Assembly: GCA_043228905.1 (NCBI GenBank)
Contig: JBHGNT010000012.1
Location: 2,976,001-3,040,000 of the forward strand
Direction of reading: 5' to 3'
DNA length: 64,000 bases
Source: Azolla caroliniana
Lineage: Eukaryota > Plantae > Polypodiophyta
Shown here in pieces: positions 1 to 13,107 of the stretch (position 1 is its first letter; each line of letters begins with the position of its first letter). The notes beneath the pieces were generated by a model. The model made no database searches. It was given only the letters and a program-made list of their open reading frames with translations, and was not told the origin of the DNA. The translations under genes were made by a program, and so were the position numbers.

Positions 1-120
1 TCTTTTAAGGGCATCAATGATGTCCTTGTGAATGTTACATTCTTAGATATGTATTGGATGGTGTGAATGCCACCTTTTCCTCTCCCAAGAAGAATTTTGG
101 TTCTGATCCTGTTACCATGC

Positions 121-568
121 AGGCTGAGGTGAGGTCAGTTATGAGCTAGGTTGCATCTCATTAGACATTTTCCATGCTCTTTTAAACTGGTGTCAAGGCT
201 GAGGTGAGGTCAGTTATGAGCTAGGTTGCATCTCATTAGACATTTTCCATGCTCTTTTAAACTGGTGTCAAGGCTGAGGTGAGGTCAGTTATGAGCTAGG
301 TTGCATCTCATTAGACATTTTCCATGCTCTTTTAAACTGGTGTCAAGGCTGAGGTGAGGTCAGTTATGAGCTAGGTTGCATCTCATTAGACATTTTCCAT
401 GCTCTTTTAAACTGGTGTCAAGGCTGAGGTGAGGTCAGTTATGAGCTAGGTTGCATCTCATTAGACATTTTCCATGCTCTTTTAAACTGGTGTCAAGGCT
501 GAGGTGAGGTCAGTTATGAGCTAGGTTGCATCTCATTAGACATTTTCCATGCTCTTTTAAACTGGTGT
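121..568. repeat. Perfect 75-bp tandem repeat, ~6 copies, probably intronic in the helicase gene
   Basis: Unit aggctgaggtgaggtcag...aaactggtgtca starts at 121, 196, 271, 346, 421 and 496; no differences seen between copies. Confidence 0.95.
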
Positions 569-1418
569 ACATCTGCCTTAAATTTATGAAAAAGGACTTC
601 TTCCTTGTCTCCTGGTATTGGATGTTTTTGCTTACTTGTTTATTTTTACAGTCGATCCTCTAGGTTGCTTGTTTCAAGCACCTCATTGTATCCAGATATT
701 CCTCATCATACCAACTATTTTGTCTGGCTCTACAATGTATGGGTGCAGTGCTGACTGGTGCAAGAAAATTTTCTGGGACAACAACAAACCAAAATAAATT
801 TAGGTATAAACACACTAATAAAGCTTCCTAAGATGCCTTGGTTATTGCTCAAGCATTTTACTGAGGATATACACATGGGCATTCCACGTTCTTAAGAAAA
901 ATGTAGATATTCCTGTTTGATAAGCATGTGATGCCTCAAGTATTGATGGACTAAAGCTTCAGCCTAAGGGTTCTCTGAAGCAAGGAAAGCACATTCCAGG
1001 TGGTGATGCCATGGTCCAGGTTGACCAGGTTTATGAGCACAACAGATTGCTATTGCTCAGTCTATGGTGACCTTTTAATGTTGCTCTGCTGATGTGGTTA
1101 TGTAACAATATTGGTGTTTATGTACTTGATTTCCAGCAAGAACTGTACGGAGCATCATTAGTTGTCATATTCCATTCCATTTCTAGTTCCAGAAAGCCAC
1201 GAAAACATAATGTTCCCATGGTTCCACCTCCAAGAGTCATATTTGATACACCAGTTGTATCAAATATTTGATAGTTTAACATTTTAATGACATATTAATT
1301 CCAAGAGTCATATTTGAGAGTTTAACAACATATATACATATGAATTCTATTATTATCTTCAATGTTAGATACACCAGTTGTATCTGTTAATATTGAGTCT
1401 TGTTCTTGTGTTATGCAG

Positions 1419-4131
1419 TATCGCATGCATCCTGATATCTGTGAGTTTCCTTCAAGACATTTTTATGGCAATCAATTGCAAAATGGATTAACCGTGGAAG
1501 TTTCAAGAAAAGCAGCTTTTCATGGAAACAAATATTTGGGTCCATATGTTGTTTTTGATGTTGTTGATGGTCATGAAAGGGTGAAACATGGTTCTAATAC
1601 ACAGTCTCTGTGCAATGAAGCAGAAGTCAACGCAGCATTGGAAATATTTAAAAATTTGAAAGCCAGGTATGTAAAGAATTTAAGCAGTCATAGTTTGAAT
1701 GATTGTATTTCTTATGATGAGCTATCTTATGAAATGGAGATCATATAATGATGTGTGTTATTCTCTTGTTTGTTTTTTGTTAGACTTATAGGGAATAGAG
1801 TTTTATATGTGGAGATTTTATTTGTGCATTTATAAATTATAGAATACATATATCACTTATCATTGTTGTAGGAGTAATTTGGCCTTCTGCATGTTTTGAG
1901 CAACATATTCTATCTTGTGTCTTGAGTTTTCAGCTGTCTTTCATGCTTGGCCAGTCTACCTTGATCTAGTGAAAAAGCTCTGAGAATGGGAGACATATGT
2001 CGGTCGAATGGTTTAAACAATTAATCTTTTAGAGGGAAGCACCCTTGCATAATATTTTTCTGGAAATTGGCTCTACATATGAACAACACATCCACTCCAC
2101 GAAAGTGATGCAAAATAACTTTCAAGATTGCTTTCTCAATGGAGTACCTGGCTGAAGCGTGAGACCTGATGGCAGCTGGATTCCTGTTCACCAAATTTCC
2201 CTTCCGCTACTACTATGCTTACTACTCAAAAGGAACTGACATAGGAATCCTCGTGATTTTATTTCTGCTAAATACTTGGCTTGGAGGGATCAAGACTTTT
2301 TGGCTTGCACATAATATAGAGCATAACACAAATGTTTTCTTTTGGATTTATAGCCAAACAAAATAATATGCAGTAAAAGGTGTAATGGGTGGTCGCTTAG
2401 CTCACTGCTCCATGTGTTTACATTTGAAACTAGTAGGTGCCTCTAGTAGGTGCCTTCGACAGATTCCTGTATTTTCGGAGTCACTAGTCTAGATGTTAGT
2501 TTCTGCTGTTCTATCATCAGAATACAGTGATTGCGTAAGTGGAAATTGAAAATTGTCTTCCTACTCACTGAATATGTTCACTTTTGAAGGTACCCAGATG
2601 AAGTCTTTCCTGGGCGTATTGGTGTAATAACGCCCTACCAGCAGCAGCTCTCTTTGTTAAGGGAATCATTTTGTCAAGTTCTTGGGAAGACAGTAGCGGA
2701 AGGCATTGAGTTTAACACTGTGGATGCCTTCCAAGGTCGTGAGGTTGATATAGTAATCTTTTCTACCGTGCGTGCAACAGCCAGGAACACTCCGGGTTCT
2801 TCCAGGATTGGGTTTGTTGCTGACATACGCAGAATGAATGTTGCGCTAACTCGAGCAAGGTTCTCATTATGGATAATTTGCAATGCATTAACCCTTCAAG
2901 AAAGTGCTCCTTGGGCAGCCCTCTTAGATGACGCCAAAGAACGTGGTAATCTGCATGCTATCAAAAGACCATACACAAACTGTTTCAATGTTCCCCAATG
3001 TGGAGAATGGAGAGACCTTAGTGGGAACAGGGGGAGGAGTTCCTCGTATCTTGATAAAACATCACATGTAGATAAAGTGCCACGGAAGAGACCAGAACTA
3101 GAGCAACAATTTGATGGTGGTAAGAAGTTGGATTATGCTGATACTCTCCCAGTCAAAGACATATCAAATGAAACTAACAAAATAATTCAGTCACAGAAAA
3201 TGGGAAACGAAATCTTATTGGAGTTTGAAATGGAGATTGATCATGAAAAAACTATAAATGATCAGAACAGAGACCGTCTTAATGTATATAAGAAGGATGC
3301 TACTGATAGAAAGTTAGTAGAGGCACAATCGAAATATGAGACCAAGAAAGAGAGTGAGCGTTTTGGTTCCTCAAGTGAAGGTAGAAGTGCTGGAAAAGCA
3401 AAAGATGGAATTTGCCACAGCAGTAGTATAATGAGAAAACGGAAACAAATTGATAATGATCATAGTAAAAGACTAAATAAGAATATGCATGAAACTGGCA
3501 TGACAGACTCAAAGCTTGCTACAGAAAATGGTATCCGGCAGTCAGCACCTAAAGAAGAACGATCACTGAAAGAAGGGAGGGCAAAAGGTTCTTCTATCCA
3601 ATTATCATTAGTGTCAGATTCATGTACTGGTTCTAAAACCTATCGGCAATTGTCATCCCATCACAAAACAGAAATCCACAACAATGATGGCAATCTTTCA
3701 AACAATAGAATCACAAGTAACTGCTCAGTGCAAGATACCAGAGCTGAAGAATTAGAGAGTGATTTTGAGACATTGAGGCATCCTAAACGGCATCACCTGG
3801 AAAATGATCCAGGCATGATCTTTACCTCATTTAATGTGTTTTTGTAACTCCCTTGACTTTTCCTCCTAACCTCGATTTTGTTTCTACAGGTGAAGTGGGA
3901 TCTGTAAATTCACAGAAAGCTGTTCCCAGACATGAGACAAGCAAGAATATTTCATATCGGACCGCTGAACTGAAAAACCTGGAAAAGAAAGTAGTTTCTG
4001 AACTTTGTAGTCGGAATGAATTTTTGGATGCTGAATGGGAAAGATTTGAAAGAGTTTTAGCAGAAACAAAAATTCTTTTCCCATTAATTCATTGTCCAGA
4101 AGTTGGTGATCTCAACATGAAAAAGAGCTAG
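1419..4131 (+). CDS. 3' part of a SEN1/UPF1/DNA2-NAM7-like superfamily 1 helicase (AAA_12 domain plus low-complexity tail); 5' exons lie upstream of the window
   Basis: Exons 1419-1666 (YRMHPDICEFPSRHFY...NEAEV), 2590-3812 (IGVITPY, NTVDAFQGREVD, RRMNVALTRAR) and 3890-4131; intron phases are consistent; last intron is GC-AG. Confidence 0.88.
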
Positions 4132-7100
4132 CAAATATGAAAATGTATCTTATTGTCAAATATGTAAAGCACAACAAAGTGTTCCAATTTTTCGTCTGTT
4201 ATATCAAGCAGACTTCTCAACATGGAAGTCCTGAAATGAAAGGCTTTCTGGATGTCCTGTTATTGAGCACTTTATACATGCTGAATGTGATTAAGTCAGT
4301 TGTTTTGGGTTTGAGTGCAATCCCGAGAAATAGATGATACAAGCTTACCCAAATATGTGGTCGACATCCAGGTAGGTGTTTACATTATTTTGTTTCTGTT
4401 GTCTACATAAAAATAACTTCATATCTAAGTATTTATGCAACAAGAATATTTACGTAAATAAGAAAGTACAAGTAGGGAATTTTATACATCCATTTGGGCA
4501 AGCTTATTTTATCTGATACTACTAGATGAGTGGTTAAAATTTGTCGTTTTAGATTAGATTGGTCACTAAACCCAGGACTGGGTTGGAGTCGATGGATTAG
4601 AACTCCAGCCTCCAGGGCTGGATAGAATTAGCACCCTATTGTCAGTATAAATTGATTTTTGCATTAAGTAATATTTTATTTCTTAGGAATGTTGGGAATG
4701 CACAGTTGCAAGTTGACAGTAGACTATTGCACAAGGCGTCTCCTCATCAGTATTTTTTCTTTAACAAATTTAAAGAACAGTTGAAAATGATTTGAAATGA
4801 CATATACCATGTTGATGCAGATGACTGAAATGATCTCTGGATGGAGGGCCTGCAAAAACCCACGTCAGTCATCAATATCGTTACAGCAATCTGTGCTGCT
4901 ATGACCATATGGCTGCCATCTAAGTAAACTACTGACAATTTCATTATTCTTAAATATTCATGCTGTACTGCACAATTTTGGGATTATAAAAAAATCCTAG
5001 TAAGAAATTCATGAATTTAGCACACTTCTCTTCTCAGTCATGTAAATACACAGCCAGATCAAGTATGTAAATCTGAAGGGGGGGCAGATCGTCCTCACTG
5101 ATTTCGTTGTAAATAATCTCTCTGAATCAAAGAGAAATCTGGGATCTCCGTTATTTCATACAAAGGTTACAAATTGTAATGACAGTCTTGCTCTTGGTAT
5201 TGCTGATTTGTCTCCGTCATAGGTAGAGGTTTGCACAAGTCATATGAATCCATGTAATGGGGTTACAATGCCAAAAGATAATATCTAACATAATGAACTA
5301 TAACATTCAAAGGTTAGCAATGTTGGCATTATCTTTCAAAAAGCCTCTGGTGAATTTTATGAGTTTCATCTACCACATTAGGTTACCAATTGGTAATTTG
5401 ATGGATAATCATACTAGAACGTCAATGGATAGTCAGATATGAATGTCCATGGATAGTCATATTTGAATAAAAAAATCAATTGTTCAATTGTTTTGCTAAA
5501 TTGGAAAGGATTATGAAAGATAATCAATCCAAACACTTGAATGTGACATCTGACAAATGTAAAAAGCCATGGAGGATGTGTTATTGTATATGTAGCTAAT
5601 TTAAGCACAATTGATCATATAGGAGGGGTCTCGCCATAGTTTCTTGTTTTGTACCAGTGTCTTGTGATAGTTAACAGGAAAAAATCATGATGGTCCTTAA
5701 GCAACTACAACCAGAGAATGATGTTCTCCATGAGTTGATACACAAATTCCAAACCAACTCACTTATGACTTATGACAACTTCCAACTCCTTGGAATCCCT
5801 AGAGCCTAAGATAAACCCTTGTTCACAAATTTCACTACTCCAACGCACATGTTGTTATGAGCATAACTATAATCATAGTTCTCCAACCTTAGAGTTAGAT
5901 TGGAGCTGATTCATAATGAATTAATGGTAAGAATTGAGTTAATTGGAGCTAATTCAGTCGACCTTCCCTAGTTAGGTTCTACTTAATTTTTTTTTGACAT
6001 TAATTGAGATTCTTAGAATATGTATTAGAGCATGATTAACCTTTTCTTGCGTTTCCTTGCATTTTTTCTTTTACCTTAATGGTGGAGCTACTAATGAAAT
6101 GCGTTTTTCTAGATCATGATCAACTCCTGAAATTGGATGTTATTTATTTTTTCAATATTTTTTGGTTTTTCCAACAATGCTATGAGTTTTTTTTTCTCGC
6201 TTATGTACATATGGTGCTTGCACTATGTGTAAACATTAGGGTTTCATCGTATCGCAATAGCATGCGCTGTTGGATGTTACTATGGCATCATAACAAAGAC
6301 TGCAATTGATATAGTACTATGCACTTGGGATGCAGTAGAAAACCTGCCTTTGCCACCACCATCGCCAAAAAATCAAAAAATCAAAAAATAATTCAAAAAA
6401 CAAAAAATGACTCACCACAATAGTGCCTATGACCATGTCACCATGCCACCCGCCACTACTGGCATATAAGGCTACCATATCCCATGGTTGTCCACACGAG
6501 GGGGTATATCATTCATACATGTAAGTTAGTAACAAAACCTTGTCATTCACATATCAAGGGATGTCTACTACAATAACAGGAATAAACACAATAACATGAG
6601 GGAAATAATAGACACCATCCAGATGTCTTTCGTAAATGTAGGCATTTTGCTTGCATTTATTTCACTCACAATTCGTGATCCAGATGCCAGACTTAAAAGA
6701 GGTGAAAACCACCTAAATGGGCACTATTCGCATTTCATAATTACATCTAGTGTCTAAATCATGCCTTATGGTAGACAACCGTGGTTGAGCCTCAAAAAGC
6801 TACCATGGTTATTCGATATAGATATATTGAACAAACATTTTATTAAAACACCTTAGTGTTACCATAGTATTTTTTTTCTTAAAAGAATTCTTACTCATCT
6901 AACGAGATATAGACATGAGATCTTTGTTGAATTATGTTTGTCAAAGCTTGTACAACCTTATTATGTTTTTAAGCATGATTTCCTAAACATTTGTCAAGTG
7001 TTTGCTTCAAATACTCAATGACATAAAACAATGACACAAACATGTCATGTCACATTTTATTGCTATTCCTATTGAGGTATATTTGCACCAAATCATACAA

Positions 7101-7475
7101 CATTTCTCATTTCTACCTTTACTAAGCTTTCTCAGCTTCGGAAATCTAACAAAGTCTTGAGTCTCGCATGTTTGATATGCATGTGAATTATTCTAGTCAA
7201 GACGACAAAATAGGTGAACCATCGATCCTTTGATTATCAATGGATAGTATAGGATAAGAGTCCTACTAATCTTGAAGAAGTAATAAACATTTTTACTTCA
7301 TTATACTTGTACATCAAAGAAGGACCGAAATAAGTCGTTTGCTTCTACATCTAATTTTTCACAATTCGCTAGAAACAAAAGATACCCGGGCAATTCTTGA
7401 CCAATGCCTACATGTGGATATTGGTAAAAGATGGGTCATACAAAAGGAGCCCAAATTAAAGGACAAGCCTTTTGA

Positions 7476-7840
7476 TGTTACAAGCATGACCATAATTCAT
7501 CCTGTGGAAGTTTGAACCGTAGTATTCTACACACGAGGATAAAAGTGTGAGGGTTAATCAAGAGTGTAAAGATTACTTTTAATACTAAGAATGGAGACAA
7601 CCTATAAGGGCCAAGTGTGATCTTGCCTAGGGCCTAAGTACCCTTATTAGTCACCTTATTCGACTATGTCAAGACCATGATCTTGTGGTGAACAAACTCT
7701 TGTAGCAAGTGCACTAGCACCATGTACAACTTGATGCCATGGTAGTGGTATGAGACACCAAACAAGGCTCGAGTTCATCTCAATCCTTTCGGTCGGAGGT
7801 GATCAGGTGGATTGGCACCCTCCTTTATCTCTCTTCCACT
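7476..7840. mobile_element. Diverged, truncated LTR of the same family as the solo LTR at 32115-32569
   Basis: Starts TGTTAC; shares blocks such as accgtagtattcta, gtgtgagggttaatc, gattacttttaat and aactcttgtagc with 32115-32569. Confidence 0.75.
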
Positions 7841-7879
7841 TCCTCGAAATGACTATCTGTATGAGTAATTTAGAACATT

Positions 7880-8275
7880 AAAAGAACATGTGTGAAAATC
7901 CTTAACTTCTCTTACCAGACCCATCTGAACCATTCGAGGTTGAAACCGATGTAAGTGATTATGTAGTAAGTTAAAACTCATATGTCGTGTTGATACTCAA
8001 CTCAAGAAAAAACCTTTTTGCAACCATACATGTAGTTACGACATGGAGATGTTACCTATATGGCCATTGTTTGGTAGTAACTATTGGCGATCGATCGAAA
8101 TATTTTTGTGACCAACATGATCCTTCAGGTTGTAAGGCACGATGGGCAAATCTCATTCAAAACTTTGTTTCCGCAAACATTCTCGCTAGCATTCTTGCTA
8201 ATGCATTAAGTTACATTCATGAAGTTTCACATTGGCTATGAACACTTTGGAGGGAAGTACCTTGATAACAATTTC
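7880..8275 (+). pseudogene. Decayed Ty3/gypsy RT-RNase H fragment (left part of the host element)
   Basis: Fragments translate as LPDPSEPFEVETDVSDYVV and TWRCYLYG...KARWANLIQNF, with stops and frameshifts. Confidence 0.7.
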
Positions 8276-8695
8276 TGTTACCGGCCGGCAAGGAGTCCAA
8301 AATACGGAGTGAAGGAATTAATTAGATATGGTTGTAAATGAGCATAGTGTGGACGGACGGACTGGAAACGGTATGCCGTTCCAGATCCGGACGGATCCCG
8401 AATAGGTGCGAGAGGCACCGTTTTGTACTACGGGCCGGAAACCTATTTAAAGGCCCGGACCCTATTGGAATGACAGCGGATAATTAGTAGAGCTTATGTT
8501 GTTTATACTTCTGTCTTGATTTCCGTTCTGTAATCACTGTTATATCTTACGCGTGTAATTAACCAAAGCAATCTAATCGTGTAACCTACGTAAGTCGGTG
8601 TAATCGTTGAATCTTAATCCTATGCCGTAATCACCCTTTGGTGAAGTGTCTCCGTGACACCTTGTGTTAGGCCTTGTCCGGCTAAGAGAATAACA
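8276..8695 (+). repeat. 5' LTR (420 bp, TGTTA...TAACA)
   Basis: Terminal 5-bp inverted repeat; direct repeat of the segment starting at 15857; TATA-like TATTTAAA at 8444-8451. Confidence 0.92.
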
Positions 8696-8701
8696 CAGTT
8701 T

Positions 8702-8718
8702 TGGCGACCACGATGGGA
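8702..8718 (+). promoter_or_regulatory. Primer binding site, probably tRNA-Arg
   Basis: TGGCGACCACGATGGGA 6 nt after the LTR; resembles the complement of a plant tRNA-Arg(TCG) 3' end (recalled, not searched). Confidence 0.7.
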
Positions 8719-8749
8719 TTTACAGCAAGTAACCACACGGTCGAAAGGC

Positions 8750-11700
8750 ATGGCCAAAGAGTGGGAAACACAAGAGGCCATACGAAAACAGGCGACGGAA
8801 TGGGTGAAGGAAGCCAATGAAAAGAACGCCGCGGACGCGGAACGGCAAAAGGCAAATAGCATAGGGAGTGCCGGCGGTAGCCACCCAGAAAACGAGACAT
8901 GGCAAGCATTGCAAGAATGTCAGATCACGTTGCCGTTAGGAAGACTCTTGCAGCTCGTGCCGCGATTTACGGAAGGGCTGAAAACGGGCATGACAGACGG
9001 CATAGCCCCACCGGCACCAGTCCTCTTCTCGAACCCGGAGGAGGGACCGACGGTGGTGGACACTAGTAGTCCGGCGATTACAGCTATTGTCAAAGGGCAC
9101 GAACTTCCTGGCACCGTAATCGATGGAGGTTCCGGCGTGAACGTAATAAGCCTCCGTACGTGTGATGCCTTGGGTATACATGAATGGGAGCCATGCCCGT
9201 TCTGGCTACGGATGGCGGATACGAGTTCGGTAAGGCCGACGGGCTTAATACGGAAATTGGAAGTCACCATAGGAGGTCACACATTTCACATCTCGGCTGT
9301 AGTGCTGCAGCTACAGGCGCAAGGCGCGTACCCTCTGTTGCTGGGCAGACCATGGTTGAAAACAGCACACATCAAGCAAAATTGGCGAAAAAATATGATT
9401 ACCTTCCGGCGCGGAAAAGCCAAGGTCCGGGTACCGACACAACCACGGACAAGCAACGGTAAGGAATGCACACCGCTGTATGCGGAATGTGTGAACATGC
9501 TTGAAGGGTTGGCAGACGAAGAAGAAGCCCAGTACTTGGAGGAACACCCGAAGATCGTACCACTCTTCGAGATTGACGTAGCTGAAGCCGTAGCCCCATA
9601 CTTGCCGCAGCGGGACGACACCGAAGCTGAACCAGAGAAAGATGTGATTCGGGAATTACGGCAAGCACAGGAAGCGTTGGAACGGGAAATGGCCGTTTCC
9701 CAACGGGTAAAAGCATCCCAGCTCGACGAAGTGAACCTAGGAAGCAAGGACGAATCAAAGCCGGTACACATCGCCAAAGAAATGAAGCCGGAAGATAAAG
9801 CGGCGATGATCAAACTTCTCACGGAGTTTCGCGACGTATTCGCCTGGTCATACGAAGACATGCGAGGGCTGGACCCTCAATTATATCAGCATCAGATCCA
9901 CCTAGGCAAGGACGCGAAACCAGTGGCGCAACGACGTTACCGAATGAACCCCAACTACGCCGCCAAAGTGAAGGAGGAAATCGACAAACTCCTAAGAGTG
10001 GGCTTCATCCGGCCGGTAAAGAAAGCGACGTGGCTGAGCCCCATCGTCGTCGTTCCCAAGAAGAACGGTAAAATCCGTGTGTGTGTAGATTACAGGAAAC
10101 TAAATGCCGCCACAATTACGGATGCATTCCCTCTTCCTTTCACGGACGGAGTACTGGATGCCGTCGCCGGTCATGAAGTTTATAGCTTTTTAGACGGGTT
10201 CAGCGGGTACAATCAAATCCGGATGCACCCGGACGACCAGGAGAAGACAGCGTTCGTCACCGAATGGGGGGTGTTTGTGGCCGAAGTCATGATGTTCGGC
10301 CTAAAAACGGCACCAGCAACGTTCCAGCGAATCATCATGGAGATCTTCGGCGAATACATTCCTGCCTTCATGCAAGTTTTCCTGGATGATTTTGCAGTTT
10401 ATAGCCGGGGAAAAGACCATTTGCAGCACCTACGGTTATGCCTTGAAAAGTGTAGGTTATACCGGCTAAGCTTAAACCCAGCAAAATGCATCTTTGGGGT
10501 TTCAAGTGGAATATTGCTGGGACACATTGTAAGTAAGGAGGGCATTGCGGTCGACCCGGACAAAGTAAACGCCATACTAGGGGCACCGGCGCCGAAAACG
10601 GCCAAAGCACTAAGCCGATTCTTAGGAAAAATCCGGTGGCACAGCCGGATGCTCCGTCACTTGGCGGACTTGGCGACACCATTGCACACCGCGGTACATC
10701 GGACACCGTTCCAATGGACGGATACGGAGGATAAGGCATACAATGCCCTGAAGGTACTTTTATCGCAAGCACCCGTCGTGCAGCCTCCGGATTGGAGCAA
10801 GGAATTTCATGTGTTCGTGGACGCTTCCGACATCGCTATTGGCAGCGCCTTAATGCAACTTACGGAGCCTAAATGGTACCGGCCTGTATATTACGCCAGC
10901 CGGAAGCTGTCCCAAGCGGAGAAGAACTATTCAACGACGGAACGGGAGGCTCTGGGCATGATCTACAGTGTAACAAAGTTTCGTCACTACCTATTGGGAA
11001 GGAAGTTCTCCTTCCATGTGGATCACTCGGCGCTCCTCTACTTAGTTTCCAAGGCGTCCCTGACCGGTAAGTTGGCCCGTTGGACCTTACTGTTGCAGGA
11101 GTTCGAATTCGAGATTTTCCACCGGCCCGGTATCCAGCATGCCGTAGCAGACTACCTGAGCCGGTTAGAGTCCGGAGAACCAGGCGACGGAGTAGCGGAT
11201 GAATTCCCGGACGCGGAGTTATTCCGTATCACCCCGGAAACGGCAGCGGACGACACGGTGGCATCAGAAGATAAATGGCTGACAAACATGCACCAGTTCC
11301 TAAGCACGGGCCTGCCACCGGAAGAAATGAACCGGGACGAGAGGAAACGACTGGCGGTGCAGAGCCGCAATTTCTGTCTGTTACGGGACACTGTCTACCA
11401 CAAAGGAGCAGATGGAATATGGAGACGGGCAGTCCGTAGTGACGAGAAAGAAGTAATCTTACGGGAAGCACACTGTGGGGTTGCCGGAGGACACTATGCC
11501 GGGGAAGCAACGGCAAGAAAGGTATGGCAGAGCGGTTTATGGTGGCCCACGACGCTAAAAGATGCCGTCAAGTATGCTAAGGAATGTGACCTATGCCAAC
11601 GAATGGGCCAGCCTACGGAGCAAGCACGGATGCCACACCAACCGGTACTTCCACTAGAGCCATTCCAGAAGTGGGGGTTGGATTTTGTCGGACCGTTCAA

Positions 11701-12703
11701 GCCACCGGCAATGAGAACAGGTAATCGTTATGTCATCGTGGCAACGGATTATTGCACGAAATGGGTGGAAGCTAAGGCCCTGAGAGACAACACCGCGTCA
11801 TCCACAGCAAAATTCCTGTACGAAAACATTTGGTGCCGATATGGATGTCCGATTGAATTAATCAGCGACCAAGGAGGCCACTTCCTCGGCCAGGTAGTGG
11901 AAAGCTTAACAACGTTCTATGCCGTGGTCCATAAAAGAAGCACACCGTATTACCCACAGGCGAACGGGTTAGCAGAGTCCACCAACAAAACGCTGCAGAA
12001 CATTCTCCGCAAAATTGTCAATGAAAACCGGACGGACTGGGACACAAAGCTCCATAGTGCGCTATGGGCGTACAGAACGGCATACAAAACGAGTATCCGG
12101 ACAACGCCGTTCCGGTTAGCATTCGGCTTAGAAGCGGTCATGCCGGTCGAGTTTCAGGTACCAAGCTTACGGATCCAACTACGGGAACGGCTGAATGAAA
12201 AGAAGTCGGAGGAAATACGGCTAGCAGCACTATGCGAACTGGAGGAGCAACGGCTGGCCAGCATCCTACACATGGAACTGGAGCAACGACGACGGAAAGC
12301 GTTCGTTGACCGTCACCGGAAAGGTAATGAGAAGATGTTCGAAATCGGAAAGCCGGTGCTAGTATTCCAAACGAGGATGGGCAAGATGCCGGGTAAACTC
12401 CGGTTCAGATGGACAGGCCCGTATTGGCTGACAAGGGAATACAACGGGTCCTATCATATAGGGACACTTGCCGGGGAAGTACTAGGCAAGTGGGTGAATG
12501 GATTTCGACTAAAGCCCTATAAAGGACCGATGCCAAAGAACCCGTTTATGCAGCTCACCGGCACTACACCAGGAACCTGTCCGGGATCGGTACGGATCGA
12601 TCCGGAAGAAAAAGACGACGGGGAACCCGTAGTAGAGACGAAGGGAGACACGGCAACCCGTGAGGAAAACGGTCAGGGTCCGAAGGGACCTACGGATGTG
12701 TAA
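8750..12703 (+). CDS. pol: Pol polyprotein (aspartic protease, RT, RNase H, integrase), 1317 aa from the first ATG
   Basis: VIDGGSGVN protease; LDGFSGYNQ and FLDD RT; VDASD...YASR...EREAL RNase H; H-H-C-C zinc finger, WGLDFVGP, SDQG and NGLAE integrase; WTGPY motif; no internal stops. Confidence 0.95.
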   Translation: MAKEWETQEAIRKQATEWVKEANEKNAADAERQKANSIGSAGGSHPENETWQALQECQITLPLGRLLQLVPRFTEGLKTGMTDGIAPPAPVLFSNPEEGPTVVDTSSPAITAIVKGHELPGTVIDGGSGVNVISLRTCDALGIHEWEPCPFWLRMADTSSVRPTGLIRKLEVTIGGHTFHISAVVLQLQAQGAYPLLLGRPWLKTAHIKQNWRKNMITFRRGKAKVRVPTQPRTSNGKECTPLYAECVNMLEGLADEEEAQYLEEHPKIVPLFEIDVAEAVAPYLPQRDDTEAEPEKDVIRELRQAQEALEREMAVSQRVKASQLDEVNLGSKDESKPVHIAKEMKPEDKAAMIKLLTEFRDVFAWSYEDMRGLDPQLYQHQIHLGKDAKPVAQRRYRMNPNYAAKVKEEIDKLLRVGFIRPVKKATWLSPIVVVPKKNGKIRVCVDYRKLNAATITDAFPLPFTDGVLDAVAGHEVYSFLDGFSGYNQIRMHPDDQEKTAFVTEWGVFVAEVMMFGLKTAPATFQRIIMEIFGEYIPAFMQVFLDDFAVYSRGKDHLQHLRLCLEKCRLYRLSLNPAKCIFGVSSGILLGHIVSKEGIAVDPDKVNAILGAPAPKTAKALSRFLGKIRWHSRMLRHLADLATPLHTAVHRTPFQWTDTEDKAYNALKVLLSQAPVVQPPDWSKEFHVFVDASDIAIGSALMQLTEPKWYRPVYYASRKLSQAEKNYSTTEREALGMIYSVTKFRHYLLGRKFSFHVDHSALLYLVSKASLTGKLARWTLLLQEFEFEIFHRPGIQHAVADYLSRLESGEPGDGVADEFPDAELFRITPETAADDTVASEDKWLTNMHQFLSTGLPPEEMNRDERKRLAVQSRNFCLLRDTVYHKGADGIWRRAVRSDEKEVILREAHCGVAGGHYAGEATARKVWQSGLWWPTTLKDAVKYAKECDLCQRMGQPTEQARMPHQPVLPLEPFQKWGLDFVGPFKPPAMRTGNRYVIVATDYCTKWVEAKALRDNTASSTAKFLYENIWCRYGCPIELISDQGGHFLGQVVESLTTFYAVVHKRSTPYYPQANGLAESTNKTLQNILRKIVNENRTDWDTKLHSALWAYRTAYKTSIRTTPFRLAFGLEAVMPVEFQVPSLRIQLRERLNEKKSEEIRLAALCELEEQRLASILHMELEQRRRKAFVDRHRKGNEKMFEIGKPVLVFQTRMGKMPGKLRFRWTGPYWLTREYNGSYHIGTLAGEVLGKWVNGFRLKPYKGPMPKNPFMQLTGTTPGTCPGSVRIDPEEKDDGEPVVETKGDTATREENGQGPKGPTDV

Positions 12704-12718
12704 GGTCACACACCGTCC

Positions 12719-12790
12719 TTAAAAAGTTAAAATTAAAATAAATAAAAAATAATAATAATAATAATAATAAAATAAAAAAATCATTAAAAA
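12719..12790. repeat. A-rich/(AAT)n spacer between pol and ORF2
   Basis: Nearly pure A/T tract inside a GC-rich element. Confidence 0.85.
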
Positions 12791-13107
12791 TCGAGGTATG
12801 AACGGGTGTGAAAGCAAGGCGCGAAAAGGTACGTAGTGGGCATTTAAGAGACGCCACGCTACTTAATACTAAATTAGTACACGACGTGTGCATGCTCGAA
12901 AAAGGCGCCAAAACGCACAAAGAAGAAGCAGAACGCATGGAGACCTTTTCATTTCGCGAGCCAAGAAGCACAGAGGCACCAAGACAGTGGAAGCTGAGCA
13001 AACGCGAACCTGCACGCAGAGAACCCCCGCGCTCAGAACGCTCTCTCTCTCGCTCTCACTCTCATCACCACTCTGCCTCGCCATCTTCCCTCGACCTTGA
13101 AGCAGAC

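Noticed and set aside
8654-8749. Upstream GTG-started extension of pol as a possible mini-Gag
   Set aside because: It runs through the LTR end and PBS, is only 32 codons, and has no Gag motif; the first ATG is at 8750.
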